A DNA stretch of 62,976 nucleotides, counting the filler, from Choristocarpus tenellus KU-1152 (Eukaryota > Protista > Phaeophyceae): NCBI GenBank assembly GCA_964200185.2. It is 15 parts of 15 records of this genome, joined end to end, with 100 filler letters (N's around TTAATTAATTAA, not from the genome) between each part and the next. Parts side by side here need not be neighbours in the genome. Positions count along the whole stretch, not along the records: positions 1 to 5,779 come from CAXNAD020009774.1; positions 5,880 to 12,675 come from CAXNAD020007330.1; 13 more parts are not named here. The stretch is one strand, 5' to 3'. The notes beneath the pieces were generated by a model. That model saw nothing but the letters and a program-made list of their open reading frames with translations, was not told where the DNA came from and did not search any database. Shown here in pieces: positions 1 to 12,480 of the stretch (the stretch's first letter is position 1; every line of letters begins with the position of its first letter). Both the position numbers and the translations under genes were made by a program.

Positions 1-70
1 ACCCCAAAATCGCGACATGAAAAAATTGGCCCCAAATGGACAACCGCCACCCCCCCCAGATACTTTGGCT
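1..70. mobile_element. Truncated end of MITE family B (poly-C subterminal, AGATACTTTGGCTC terminus)
   Basis: Matches the right half of the complete copy at 58226-58420. Other partial copies lie at about 5880-5918, 12825-12868, 16297-16475, 16607-16646, 21085-21182, 31105-31150, 51489-51553, 54009-54034 and 54135-54154, nearly all at contig edges. Confidence 0.8.
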
Positions 71-145
71 CTTGTATCACCAGGTTTGTATGCCGGTGGA
101 ATGATCCATTTAGGATTTCCTTACTCAACGGGTTATGGTGGTGGA

Positions 146-3100
146 CTATCTATGATCAATAAGCTCTTCATGCAATATAGAATATTTTCTCCTGTGTTTC
201 TTCCCTATTGTAGTATTTCGGGTACCCCCCTTCCTGCAGTCCAACACTGGAGTGGTAAGACCCATGTCTGCCAATTCCCGCATCTCCTCCTGATTTGACT
301 GCCTCCCTGGTGTGTGGAACACCAACGGAAAGGTGTCAGTCACGGTATTGTGAAGGCGTCCACCAACTGTGTCGAAGTCCCCTGAGTAACGTCTGCCACC
401 GTTGTTTCCAAACACTGACTGGAAGTGGTCAACTGTAACCTCTGGGAGTTGAGCTGCAGAACAGAACATGGTAATTTTGCGGAAGGGGGACGTAAGGGAG
501 GGAGAAATGGAATGAAAGTATGAGGCTTGCTTGGATGATGGCAATTTCTAACATAACATGGGGAAACAGGGCCTTGTTGTAGCTTCTAAACTACCTCGCT
601 GCTCAATTGTCTCAAACTTGGGGGCATATATAGGTCATGTCCTCTTATGCACTTTTTATTGCTGTTATGTCGAAGACTGTGAAACCTAGATACCACTCAA
701 TATTGTTGTTACTTCTCAGTCGTGTACATGCACATACACACACCTGCCCACCAAAACATATATTGAACTCCTGGCAGTAATCCTGTTTTGTAGAGATGAG
801 AGGGTGGCAGGAATCTTCCTACTGATGTACTTGGTGAATAACATTAGTCCACAAGTAGGGCTGGGAAATATGGTCTTGAGGTAAAGCGTGATAATAATGA
901 ATCATTTCCTCATATCACATAGGCAAGCACCCCCGCATTTGGTACTACCTCTTCTTCCTCTATTCTTACTAATCAAAGGGCTCGCCCCTAGTTGTTGACG
1001 GTCAACAATGTACTGGATGAAGAGACACTGGTCGCTGACCATGTTCCAGCCCTCTGTGTATGCCCTGAGGACACCAGAGACCAGATGCAGTAGATGTTGC
1101 GACTTGCCCATGAAAGAGCCAGACCTTTATCATCGTTTGGTTAGTGAAGGAAGAGAGTGGTCACATAATGAGGTGCAGGACATAAAAATCGGAGGGGTGA
1201 GGGTGTGATCCAAGAAGGAAACAATAGGATGGTCAACATGATATGGAAAGAGAAACATTTGACTATAGGTGGCCTGGATTCAGAGATTTGGCGAGAGGAA
1301 ATATCCTCTCATATCCTATCAATCAGGTATGTGCTGTGTTTCTGTGGGTTTGAGTAGTCTATCCTTGAGTACAAGTCTAACAGTCCATTCTCATTTCAAC
1401 GGCAGTTCTGAACAAATACAATTTGGTGTTTTGAGTGAAACAACTTGTACTCCAGGAGTGCTTGAATTGTTTTACTTCTCAGGCCCAAACTAGCATTTGT
1501 CCTCCTACCTGTACCTGTGATACATACATGATCAGTGGATCTGTAGTAAACAAGCACAGGCGAGCTGAACAGCAGGCAGTCTCCTTACTTACCTTTCCCC
1601 TAATGAGGCTACTGACGTTTATCTCTACTATCATTCTTTTGAAATAGTGAGATGGAAGCACTCAGAGAGTTACTTAATAGCATATTTTATGTTAAAAAAA
1701 GAAGAAAGTGACACAATCGTCAGCACTTCAGAGTGTACAAAGATAGCAATAGAGATTGGGAGGGAGCAAAAAAGAGCCAGTAACAAAAAAAGTGCTCACG
1801 TTAGATAACGATACAGTGTGGGTGCCTCTGGGTAGGCCTCAACCAAGGCATGTTGACGTTCGGTGGGGCAGTAGAAGGTGTAGTCTGCAGCAAATAGCAC
1901 AGTTGCCCCTGATCGCAAGAAAGCTGCCTGGATCTGAATGGAGTTGAAGGGAGAATTGGGTGTGCAAGTGGATGCAGATTTACAGTTATCTGTCTTTGAC
2001 CGCTTCTCAAGAAGGGCAAGAACCTGGAAAGTGGTGTGCTGCTGCACTGGAACACGGATGTCACAAGAGATGACATATCGATATCTGAATATATTTGAAA
2101 CAAGCACACACAGGCACATGGTGTTCTCAGTGGGATGGAACAGTCGCAAACCAGCGCAGGGGGAACCAAGAGAGGCAAGGTTTAGCCAGTTCTCAAGAAA
2201 TCAAGTTCACAGATTGAGAGGGAGGAGGTAAAGTGCTTTCATAATGCTCTAGTACTTCCCTGGTTGATGACTGAGTACCCCTCATATTCCCTCCTCATAT
2301 ATGCAACCTGCTGCTCTCATTGTAGTAAGGAGTCTCTTCTCATTTGGTGGTTGAAATAATTCCTAGTTCTGAAATACCAAAATGTATTGTTGGGGACGGG
2401 CTTGAGTCCTATGATTCACACACCTGATATGCGGATCCGGTGATGATGACATCATATCCATCCACCACAAGCACCAACTGGAAAAAGATTAACACACACA
2501 CACACACAAGGAGAGGGTTAAGAAAGAGAGAAGAAACTTAGGACCACCAACAATACTCCCTTCCTAAGGGAATAGAAAGTTGTAAGAATAGTTGAAAATA
2601 TGATGTAGGTTTGATGAGACCTGTGACAAAGTAGGGACCAGAGGAAATAGTAACACCTTCGCATACCAATATTACATTAGTGTCACCTACTCATGTGCAA
2701 GGCACTCACTTGCATTGGACCACATGCCACCTAGACAGTTAAGTGAAATCAGTGGAACTATGTCAGAGGAGTTTGAGAAAGAACCAGGGAGTGAGGAAGT
2801 TGATGCACGTTGCACGGGAGCAATCTCCAATGATACACTCAGAAGACCTTGAGCCAAAGTATCTTAGAGGGTAGAGCCGTGTCCATTTGGGGACCAAGAT
2901 CCAATGTTGCGATTTCGATGCAGTTTTGACTATCGTGTTTGTTAGGAAGTGTCAATATCCATGTTCTGGACACAACTTTTTATAACATACACACTTTACC
3001 TATTCCTAAACATTTTGGAGTAGGAAAATGTCATAAAATAACCCATGGGAAGCCAAGCCCCAAATGGACAAACAGGGCAAAACTCGTACCCTCCAAGATA

Positions 3101-5342
3101 CTTTCACTCCCTTGACATTGGTTTGACCCCACATACCTACTAACGTTTCATTGCCTTCCTTTCCTTAATGGATGTACTGCTTCTGGACAGCTGGGCTGTT
3201 TGGTACAACTCTCCACCCTTCCCCTTGTCTACAAAAAGTGCGCTTCTGTCACCTCATCACCCTTGAAGCCCAAGAGGCGTTTCTCCAACAGCTGCAATTT
3301 CATACCATTGCGCCACGGTGGTGAGACCATAACAGGCAGTTCCAGATTCTTTTGGTGCTGTGCATATGCCTGTTTCAGTGGTTGATGTGGTGATGGAGGC
3401 CCTAGTATCTCCAATTCTAGCCCATGCCAATCTGCGGACTCAACCAAACGGCGAACTTCACATCGTGCGGGGTCACTTGCAAATGTTAGTACAGTCAGGC
3501 CCCCAACCCCTCCACCCTCGCTTGTTCCAGTTCCTGTACCCTGGACTGTCCCATTTTCCATCCATCCCTCAGCTCCGTTCCCAGTCCCTGCAACCCCAAA
3601 CCAGCAACCATACTCCTCATCTGTGCTGTTGCCATTGACCTTCCCATATACAACTCTGTTGCTCGCTATTTCCACCCTCAACATGCCTTGTGCATCCAAA
3701 CACCGTCTGAAGTCCCCACCCTTGTCGACATCTCTTCCCCCATTATGTGTTAGTCTTCTGCCTGTCTCCCTGTACCTCCTTCTGACCTTTCTGCCAGTGG
3801 CATCTGACCCCCCAGCAGCACCCCATGCAGCCTTTCCAGCCAATGCTGCTCTGGCTTCCTGCCAGCACATGTTCAACCAATTAGGAAAATTTAGATCCAA
3901 GCTGTTGATAGTGGGCCAAGCGGGTTTTGGACCCTCTTCAAGGATCAGAACATCACTTGTACTAAGTTGGGCCTACTGCCAAGTGTGAGCTGCGTATCTG
4001 TGAGCTTGGGAGGGACTAAAATAATGAACAGAGAAGGATTTAAACTCCAATGAATGGTTTGGGACATTGGGATAGCACGGTCCAGTATTTTCTTCAGAGC
4101 TACAGGTTGGTATGACCAAGAGGTTTGAGAACCCTAGGAATAGGTCTTAATCTAATGTTCTTTTCAAAACAGATAGATGGTTGTTGCCATGAAGTGCTCT
4201 GAAAATGATTCCAAACGCATTTCGATATATATACGTATTCTCTTTTTAGTTATGAAATTGATAGTAAATTAGTGTTTATCTCAAATTGTGATGCACAATT
4301 TGCAGGAAATATGCATTTGGTGCAATGACCTCTCCTTTTGGTGCACTTTTATGGTGACGTCATAGATGTGATGAAAACAACAGCAGTCAACTCTAAAAAC
4401 CGCGTGAGAAAACGGGCATAGGATTACAAAAGACCATTTTCCCCAGTAGGGTATGGTTATGAAAATCCTTTTGTTTCCTCCTCAGGAGAACGTGCCACAA
4501 CTTTGGCTACAAGACATGATTCTCAGCAACCAGCATGATCCTGTGCTTCTTGTGCACCTAAGGGAGGGTTGTACTCCGGAGTAGAAAAAAAAGAGGAGAT
4601 ATAATGGTGTAGTTTGACAATCCGATACGGTAGTATGAGTGAAAGTATCTTTGAGGGTACGATTTTTGCCCTGTTTGTCTGTTTGGGGCTTGCCTTCCCA
4701 CGTTTTTTTTTTACATTTTACCTACTCTGAAACACTTCGGAGTAGGTAAAACGTATACGTTTTGGTAAGGTGTGTCCGAACAAGGATATTAACACTTCCT
4801 AACAAGCACGATAGCCAAAATTACATCAAAATCACAACTTTGGATTTTGGCACCCAAATGGACTCGACTCTACCCTCTAAGATACTTTGACTCTATCACG
4901 ACTACAGATTCAAGATGTAGATCTTCAGATTCTTAGTCAGACCATCATCCAACAACCACTGATCACATGCCAGGCGCAAGGTTGTCACCAAGATATTGAG
5001 TTCCTGGCACATGTGAAGCACTCAGATAGCAGTGAGATTATTTTCTCCCTAGAACGAGAAATCTTCACAAGCAAAAAGATCCATTTGCTTTGGCCTGACT
5101 TTACTTGTAGGGGGATGAGGGTGGACATGAAGTGCATCCTTATTCTACCTAGTATTAGAACTTGATATGGGGCAATCACCCTTGCCAAGCGAATGCTTCA
5201 AGTGAGCACGTACCTGCAGTTTGGAGACAGTGTCTACGGGCACATCGTCTGCCTGGGATGTTCTCACAACCTCATCAAGAATGTGAAAAGCGGCCTTGAA
5301 GTCACCCTCTAAGAGGGTTGCATGGCCGAGAGCACTGAGTAC
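146..5342 (-). CDS. Multi-exon PLOD-type (procollagen lysyl hydroxylase N-terminal domain-like) glycosyltransferase with a probable TPR-like upstream exon; 5' end not resolved
   Basis: Phase-compatible GT-AG exons: 5342-5214 (TPR-like VLSALGHATLLEGDFKAAFHILDEVV, least certain), 3972-3253 (TVLTFASD..RRLVESADWHGLELEILG..GMKLQLL), 2477-2424 (LVLVVDGYDVIITGS), 1933-1800 (FLRSGATVLFAADYTFYCP..YPEAPTLYRYL), 1124-949 (SGSFMG..DQCLF) and 453-146 (VDHFQSVF..RLHNTVTDTFPLVFH). The motif order matches the PLOD GT domain (VDSYDV / LFSAE / RFLNSG / DDQ / LDH / PxVVH). Confidence 0.8.
2851..3109. mobile_element. MITE family A, full copy (259 bp), intronic
   Basis: TIRs GAGCCAAAGTATCTTAGAGGGTA ... TACCCTCCAAGATACTTTCACTC, an inner inverted GTCCATTTGGGG box, and a 4-bp TSD CCTT. 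Confidence 0.92.
4637..4893. mobile_element. MITE family A, full copy, opposite orientation
   Basis: Same TIRs and internal sequence as 2851-3109 in reverse complement; flanked by a 3-bp duplication TAT. Confidence 0.92.
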
Positions 5343-5591
5343 CTGATTTCCCCTTCGACCCACACATATGCGGCGGGGAAATGTTACGGCCATTATGCCA
5401 TCAAATGGGGCATCTTGTCAGTCATTAGGTGAAAGGTGCCACTGAAAATGAGTTTGTTTTTGATGGGTTCATGTTGTGACGCTGAAGGGGACTTTCTCTT
5501 CTGTGCTTGACTTAGCGCTTTGGTTTTACGGTTTACCTGTGTGCTGCTTGGGGGCGTACCTCACGACGAGTTGATGTGTTCATCAATTCTT

Positions 5592-5779
5592 GAGTGAAAG
5601 TATCTTAGGGTTAGGGTACGAATTTTGCCCTGTTTGTCCATTTGGGGCTTGGCTTCCCACAGGTGTTTTATGACATTTTCCTACTCGGAAATGTTTCGGA
5701 GTAGGTAAAATGTGAGTGAAAGTATCTTGGAGGGTACGAGTTTTGCCCTGTTTGTCCATTTGGGGCTTGGCTTCCCATG
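5592..5779. mobile_element. Two tandem or nested partial MITE family A copies ending at a contig break
   Basis: GAGTGAAAGTATCTT termini start at 5592 and 5714; the second copy runs into the N linker. Confidence 0.85.
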
Positions 5780-5879
5780 NNNNNNNNNNNNNNNNNNNNN
5801 NNNNNNNNNNNNNNNNNNNNNNNTTAATTAATTAANNNNNNNNNNNNNNNNNNNNNNNNNNNNNNNNNNNNNNNNNNNN
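5780..5879. other. Artificial contig-joining linker (N44-TTAATTAATTAA-N44), first of 14
   Basis: Identical 100-nt spacers with six-frame stops also lie at 12676, 16507, 20985, 27583, 31185, 34680, 42306, 45041, 47936, 51389, 54035, 57079 and 60151. A separate 10-N gap lies at 33624-33633. Confidence 0.98.
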
Positions 5880-6179
5880 TGGTGTAGACCCCCCCCCCCT
5901 CCCAGATACTTTGGGTCTGCATCAAGCCTTAAGCTGTTGTTCCACCAGTGGAAGGAGTGAGATAACTCATCCACGACCAAGCCAATAGATGCCACAAACG
6001 GCAGAATGGTGGGTTTCTAAAGATCCATGTGGGCAAGTAGAGAGTGGGCCTAACAAAGTTGTAGCACAAGAGGGATATCCCCAAGGCGACTGTCGGTTCA
6101 GTAATTCAGACGAGATAGGAGTATAATGATCTTTTTGTTGTCCACAACCGAGTATCAAACACTGACCAGATTCAAATTT

Positions 6180-6600
6180 TCAAATTCAAATCTCCCAAAA
6201 GTGATATCCATGTGCGCTCTTACACACCCTGATCGGGAGCATGATTTCGATGGGAAGAATGTCATCAAAGAAGTGCAAAGGACTACCGCAAATCACCAGT
6301 GGGGGGACAAAGTTATATCAGCACTACTGGTACATCAACAGCCTGCTGCCCACCGTCAAAGAGTAAAAAAAACTTGACCTGGCGATGCAACAGGATGGAG
6401 TGGCATTTCACACGGCCAAGGACACCCCGCAGAAGCTGAACTTAGTGGGGAGGGCAGGGGGGTGGGGTATCAAGCTTGTAACACAGCCAACACAGTCACC
6501 AGACCTCAACATGAACGACTTGAACTTTTTTAACTCGCTAAAAAGCCGAGTTTGCATGGAATACTACCATACCATAGAGGAGATGGTGGTCTCTCAATAG
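6180..6600 (+). pseudogene. Tc1/mariner (plant/stramenopile DD39-40D type) transposase remnant
   Basis: PKVISMCALTHP..FDGK followed by QQDGVAFH...QPTQSPDLNMNDLNFFNSLK, with 40 residues between the second and third catalytic Asp. Frameshifted and truncated. Confidence 0.85.
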
Positions 6601-6930
6601 CCTACTGCATTTGTTGCGGGTGAATCGGGAGGTACTCTCCCTGGTCCTCTTTACATTGAATCCTTTCAGGTCTTGGTAGAGACTAGGTTGGTCCTCATGG
6701 CAAACACGGTCTTCCATCTTCCTCATATAGGTGCCAGGGAATTCCTGCAAGACGGACACCCTCATCCGTTTGACCGTTTGCCAGGTACCTTCAACACTGC
6801 TTTGAAGGTGGCGTTTCAGAGGTCTGAGCATTGTTGCAGACATGTCAATTACTGTTTTCTCCAGACCTACAAGAAACTTGCTTGAACTTGTCACTTGTAC
6901 ACCACCCTCTTGGCAACACCTTGTTCCCAC
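6590..6930 (-). mobile_element. Non-LTR retrotransposon (RTE-like) ORF remnant, region between endonuclease and RT
   Basis: TYMRKMEDRVCHEDQPSLYQDLKG...SRFTRNKCSRLLRD resembles the 'DQxGFYKHLK...IRDExGxLLRD' segment of algal RTE-type LINEs, recognised by eye only. Confidence 0.5.
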
Positions 6931-9142
6931 GTAGCAAACAAATTCATTTTTTTAAAAATAATCAAACCTCTCTTCATATATGTAGGCATAGCCCATTGAA
7001 TGGTGGCAAAAGTGAAGAAGTGAAACATCCTGTCAGGATGTTCCTAGATTTTGCAAATCTGGAGGAAATGTCCCACCCGGTAAGTACATTGAGACGGTAA
7101 GATTAGGGATGTGTTGTGGTAATAGTGGATGGGGGTTTGGCTGGCGCAGGGGCAGGGTTTTGTGACTTGAGGAACAAATGTCAGACCTGGGCAATATGGT
7201 TCCCAATTTTGTAACTTATCCAGTACTGAACGGCCGAATGTGGTCACATATCCCTTTTGTAACTCACAATCTGATAAGAATTGCTTATGTTTGAAATCCA
7301 CTTTTACTGTGAATGGAACACGTAAGTACAGAGTGTAAGTTAAATCAGCTCAAAAAACAATTTAATTCAATCAAGGATTGTGCCTAATGCACACAACATG
7401 CCACATGGAGTGTGTCAAGTACTGAGCAGTGCAATAGCACCATGAGGCAAGGAGATGGTGAGGGGCCTCTCCTGAGTATTACAATTTTGGGCTTAAGACA
7501 CTCTTGCTCTTTCACCTCTGTCAAAAGCATCATCTCCAGTACCTATTATCCAAGACATGCATCGTTTGTGTTTGTGTACTCTTGAGGGCTCATTGCCATA
7601 GTCCACATAAGACAGGAGGTACCCACCGCCTGGATCCTCAAATGTCTTCCCCAAAACCTCCACAAGCACCATGCAGATCCTTTACTATGGAAATATCAAA
7701 TGAAGTAAGACCTTTGGGTGATTGTAGTGAGCAGGGTCCCATGTTGTCTGGGAAATGTTCCTCAAAATTAAGCAAGCAATACAACCAAGTTAAGACCTTT
7801 TCCAATCTTTAACATTTCGAAGAACATGCAAAATTCTATGGATATTGTGAAAAGTAACAAAAATACTAACACCTCAATATTTGTGAAGTACTAAAGTGTG
7901 TTGGTCATTACTCTCAAGGATTTTAAACACCGCCCTTCAATCAAATGGGAAAAAGGGAGTGTTCTATCTAGGGATGTCCATCAGTGCTTCCAATGTTACA
8001 CACTCCATAATAGAAGGGGTCATGATAGCAAAAAAATAAAAACAAAGATAACTACTCCTGAAAATGACTATGACAATGAGCCAAAAAAAGGATTCACATT
8101 GCAATAGTGAGTCAACCTTGAGCACAACCTATGATGGTGACAAAAAAGGGGTGTTTTTGATATGGACCAAGAACATAGAGCAGAGGGGAAAAGGTGGGAC
8201 CAGAAATCCTATTAATTAGTTCCAAAAGGTATATGAAGAGACTCCTCCATCTGATTTAACAGGGGGAGACACCATAATTCTTCAGCTTCACTACTTGTCT
8301 GTTAGTAAGTTCATCTTGGAGTAAACCGATGCAAGTACTCCTAACTACAAACAACAAAGAAAATAATATCATACTGGTAAAAACTAGTCCCTGTGAACAT
8401 TACCTATCTCAACAACCAACACTGTTAGGTATTCAAAAAAAGATGAATAGTTATTTTGTGCTGTTCATAATTCACCCTCACCTTGAGCTCACTGACACCT
8501 AAACTTCAAGCATCCTAAAAAGAAGCAACCTACTTCACTACACTAATCAAGGGTAAAAGCCCCCCATTGTGTCAACAATAGTGGAATGCACATTGCATGT
8601 ATTTCAAACACATTTTTCTTGAAGCAATTTACTCTACTGCCTATCTACCATCCACACATGCAATAGAAGCCACTTTTACTACAGAGTCAAGACAAAAAAA
8701 AAAAATCGACTTAATTCCCCTACAAGTAGAGAAACTATTATAAATACAGAGCACTTCACAATGACAGCCCAAAGTTGAGCACCAAGGTTCAACAAAGGAT
8801 TATCACATTATTTCTATTTCCTTTCTCACTAATGTGCGGTATTGTGACCCAGTATTCAAACAACCTCCAATGTATTAGGTAGATGTGCTTCACGTTATTT
8901 TCCACTTCAAAACAACCATGTGAACCCAAAATATACATAAACATATTATCCAAAACAATCCACAGTGGCCCTCTACCTGTGCCTCGAGTCACTGATAATG
9001 CATAGTACAAAAGTAGGGTATCATAGAACACTGATGGTCATGCACCTGACTATATGGAGAAGAGACTACCACAAATGCTTAAGTCACTGCAGCCGATGCT
9101 TTATGCCATATATCCCACCTACGACATACAACCATGCCATAC

Positions 9143-11340
9143 TCAGACTTGTGCTGTGGGGGGGGGATTCACAGGTGTGCCTGTCACTACAACTGCATTA
9201 GGAAGGTTAGACTGCAGTGGCTGGTAATCGTACGATGACGTCTCAGCACGGCGGGTCAGAACACCATTCACCACCACTGGACTGGAAGATGATGGTGTAG
9301 GAGGTGATGGGTAATGCCTAGAGTTACCTCCCCTGCGACTGCCAATGCATGCCTCTACCAGCCTGGAGAAGAACACAAAGGAGGCGTATGTCATGCCACC
9401 AAAGAAAAGCAATGTCAAAATTGCAACCAAGATCTGGAAGCCCACGCCAATCTCATCGTCGTACACATCTTCCTCCCAGTAGGAAGACCCAGAAGAAGGT
9501 GTATCCCAGGAGTCATCAGACAACGAGTCTTCTGATGAGTCAAACATGCCAAGGACTCCACTCCAAAAACCATCAGAAGAGTCAGAAGAGTCCATCTTTC
9601 CATCCCTTCCCATCCCTTGGCCGTGGTGAGGTCTGTGTGGGCCATGACCTTGGTGGTGAGGGCCATGCAGCCCATGGCCATGACCATGGCTGTGCTCACC
9701 TCTGGGCTGGCTACGATGTTCACCACGTGGACCATGTGGGCCATGGGGGAGGTGGTGCTCCTTGTGGCCACGAAGACTAGTAACCTTCCTGGGCAGCCAC
9801 TGGTGCCTCACAACCAGGAACTCATTGGGTGCAACAGCAGTAGCTCGTTTAGACATGGTCTTCCTGTTTGCCAGGCAGAGAAAGGGTAAAAAAACAGCAG
9901 GTAGAAACAAAACCAGAAGGGTCCGGTGTTTTTCAGAGATGCTTCAGCCTTGTTGCATAAGCGGGGTTGGCCCTGCACTACACAGGAAGAAGGTGCTGAG
10001 GTTGAGACATAGAGAGTTGTAAGAGACTCAAAGGTGGCATAAAGGGGTGCCATGAAATGTACACCTCTTGGTTGCCCTGTCCAAAAAAATCTCCCAACCA
10101 CAGGAAGTACCACCTATGGCATGGTCCATCACTCACGGTGTCCTGGTTCTAGAATGCCAAAATTCACTCCTCAAAAATCGGCCCCTTGAGCCACACCCTT
10201 GTAATGTATTCCCATCGTACAGAACGGCAATTTCTATTCCTGCAAGATTTTTTTTCTAAAAAAACACAGGTTTGTATTCAATTCAAAGAAATGTTCGTCG
10301 GTTGGTGGGCCAACCTTTAACACTATCCAAAGAAAAGGAGGGGACACAAGAGGCTTCAAACTTTCAAATCTGGAAAAAAAATCGTAGTGATGCCCTTGTG
10401 GTTTTTCCAGTTGTAACATGATGCTGGGAATAACACACAGTCCGTACACCTTCCTTTCAAATAGCATCGCAGGAAGTTAGCAAGTGAGTATGGATTCCTT
10501 ACATCTTCTGCCTATTCTCCTACTACGATCAGGAGAAACGACGCGTTAGCCCAGTTGGGCAAATTAAATATCCAAAAGAAACGAAGCAGGCGAGGTCACC
10601 CAAATCATCGATGCTTAGTAAAAGATGAAGTCCTTTATACTCAAATCAAAAGATGAAGCAACATTAGTATCGGGTAATAGTGAAAGTGGACGCTCGTTAT
10701 GAGATGGAGTTAGGAAGGAAAGATAAACTTACTGGGAGGTACAGGTTAGAAACTGGATCGAGATCAGTTATCAACCGAGCAAAAACAACAGGTCGTTGAC
10801 ACATACAAATATGTAATTAATCCACCAATAAGTTGTGTCCCACACGATCCTTGTAGAAACTGGGCGGGGCTACAAAATGGATCTGGAAAGTTACACATCC
10901 ATACTCCCACCAACTTACCACAAGTCCATGCTCCTCTGGCAGCCTGGAGATACCAACGAGTACGTCTCCAGACTCCTCACTATTGAAGATGCGTCGTTCT
11001 TCAGCATGAGATTCGGCACTGGCTCAGGGCTTTCCTCCACTAGAGCAACCTTCAACTCTCCATCCAGATTCATTTCATTTTCTGAATCAAACTGTCCGAA
11101 GAACTCATCCAACGGGTCAATAAGAGGCGCACCCGAAGAAATATCAGCCCGGAAACTTTGGAAGTCCCGAGCGCAGGAGTTCATCACATCCTCATCGTGA
11201 TCACGAATTTCCATATCCACAGGTCCCGCCAGGGTTGTAAAGCGCATGCCCCCATGTTCAACTACAGGGTGACTCGATCCCCGGAGGAAGCACGCTACGG
11301 CGCATGGCACCCCCAAGACCAAGATAAGTCCAGCCTTCAT
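9143..11340 (-). CDS. Two-exon type I membrane protein (~380 aa) with signal peptide, His/Gly/Pro-rich tract, acidic Ser/Asp tract and one TM helix
   Basis: Exon 11340-10919 (MKAGLILVLGVPCAVAC..., donor TG|GTAAGT) joins in phase 2 to exon 9863-9143 (acceptor AAACAG|G). The TM segment is IGVGFQILVAILTLLFFGGMTYASFVFF. Confidence 0.75.
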
Positions 11341-11751
11341 TTGTTCGCGAGAACGTCCTATGCTCTTGATGATCAATCGATTAGTTGTCCGGTCCTACCT
11401 TGTTTCTGACGAAGTTTAATTAAGTGATTATGATTTACCTGCACACAATAACTATCCTTGGTTCTGGAGTGTTCCTCATCTTCAATTGTGTGATGAGAAA
11501 AAAAAAGATGTGATGAGAAAAAAAAATAAACAAAATAAAAATGTGGAAGTAAATGGAATTGTATTTCCAAAAATTATTTCCACATATATATATGAAACCC
11601 CTTCCAACACTCCACTGCTCCAGAAAATATCAAAAGCCTCGACTACTGACAAGACAGATTCCACAATTATTTTCAATTTTAATATTCTAAAATGGAACAA
11701 TATTAAAATAATATAGAAATATCACTACCCAAAAATATATTTCGTACTTAC

Positions 11752-12117
11752 TTTAGGGCGCGGTTCTGTGTGATACGGGGGTTATGAGAACCACCACAGA
11801 TGAGGTTGAGAAAGGAAGTGAGAGATGAGACTGAGGCATGCTGGGTGTATGTTGGCAGCCTCAGAGTACAATATATGGATCAATCTCCACCGAGATTGGT
11901 TATGAACAGTCAGAACAGAAAACACAATCTCGGGCTTTACTGGTTTGAATCCACCGTTCATATCGGGGTTACACCGCAAACTGGTCATGCGTCTGACCCA
12001 CACGACATCGCTTGGCCTCGCCTCAATGCCAAAAGGTGGCGCGCACAAATGTATATGATCGTGCATATTGTCCTCATTACTGTTGGGAGATCTCAAAAAA
12101 GGAACTTGTCCCTGACA
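11752..12117 (-). mobile_element. Probable solo LTR
   Basis: The minus strand begins TGTCAGGGACAAGTTCC, shared with the LTR at 30331-30748 over about 80 bp. It ends CCCTAAA (degenerate ..ACA) and is flanked by the 5-bp direct repeat CTTAC. Confidence 0.6.
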
Positions 12118-12224
12118 CTTACACTTTTATTAGAGATTTGAAATATTGAATACAACATTCAAGAGTGGTAAAATATAAAATGAAAGGCATGGTTATGATG
12201 TGACCAGCCCGAGTGGAAAAAAAC

Positions 12225-12480
12225 GACCTGATCAACCGTTCTAATACGGCCAAGTCCGTGGTCATCACTTACTCAACATGACTGGGGCCACTAGAAGGTC
12301 ATGTACAACAAGTTCAAACATGGTCGAGTCCATGGCCATCCCTCACTGAAAATGATCGGGGCTGTCGCCGGACATGTATAACCAAGTTCCAACATGACCG
12401 AGTCTATGGTCATTGACTGGTTCAACATGGCCGGGCCTTGGACCGGCCCGCAGCAATATGGTCGACAGTGGACATGCTAA
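12225..12480. repeat. Degenerate short tandem repeat
   Basis: Recurring TTCAACATGGCCGAGTCCATGGTCAT-like units. Confidence 0.55.

Noticed and set aside
3973-3975. In-frame TAG upstream of the GT exon, and TAG at 3229, as possible stop-codon reassignment
   Set aside because: Both are explained by splicing: TAG at 3975-3973 can serve as the acceptor, and a GT donor at 3252 precedes the second stop.
5824-5835. Recurrent TTAATTAATTAA palindrome flanked by Ns
   Set aside because: Identical 100-nt construct at every join; it is an artificial six-frame-stop linker, not biology.
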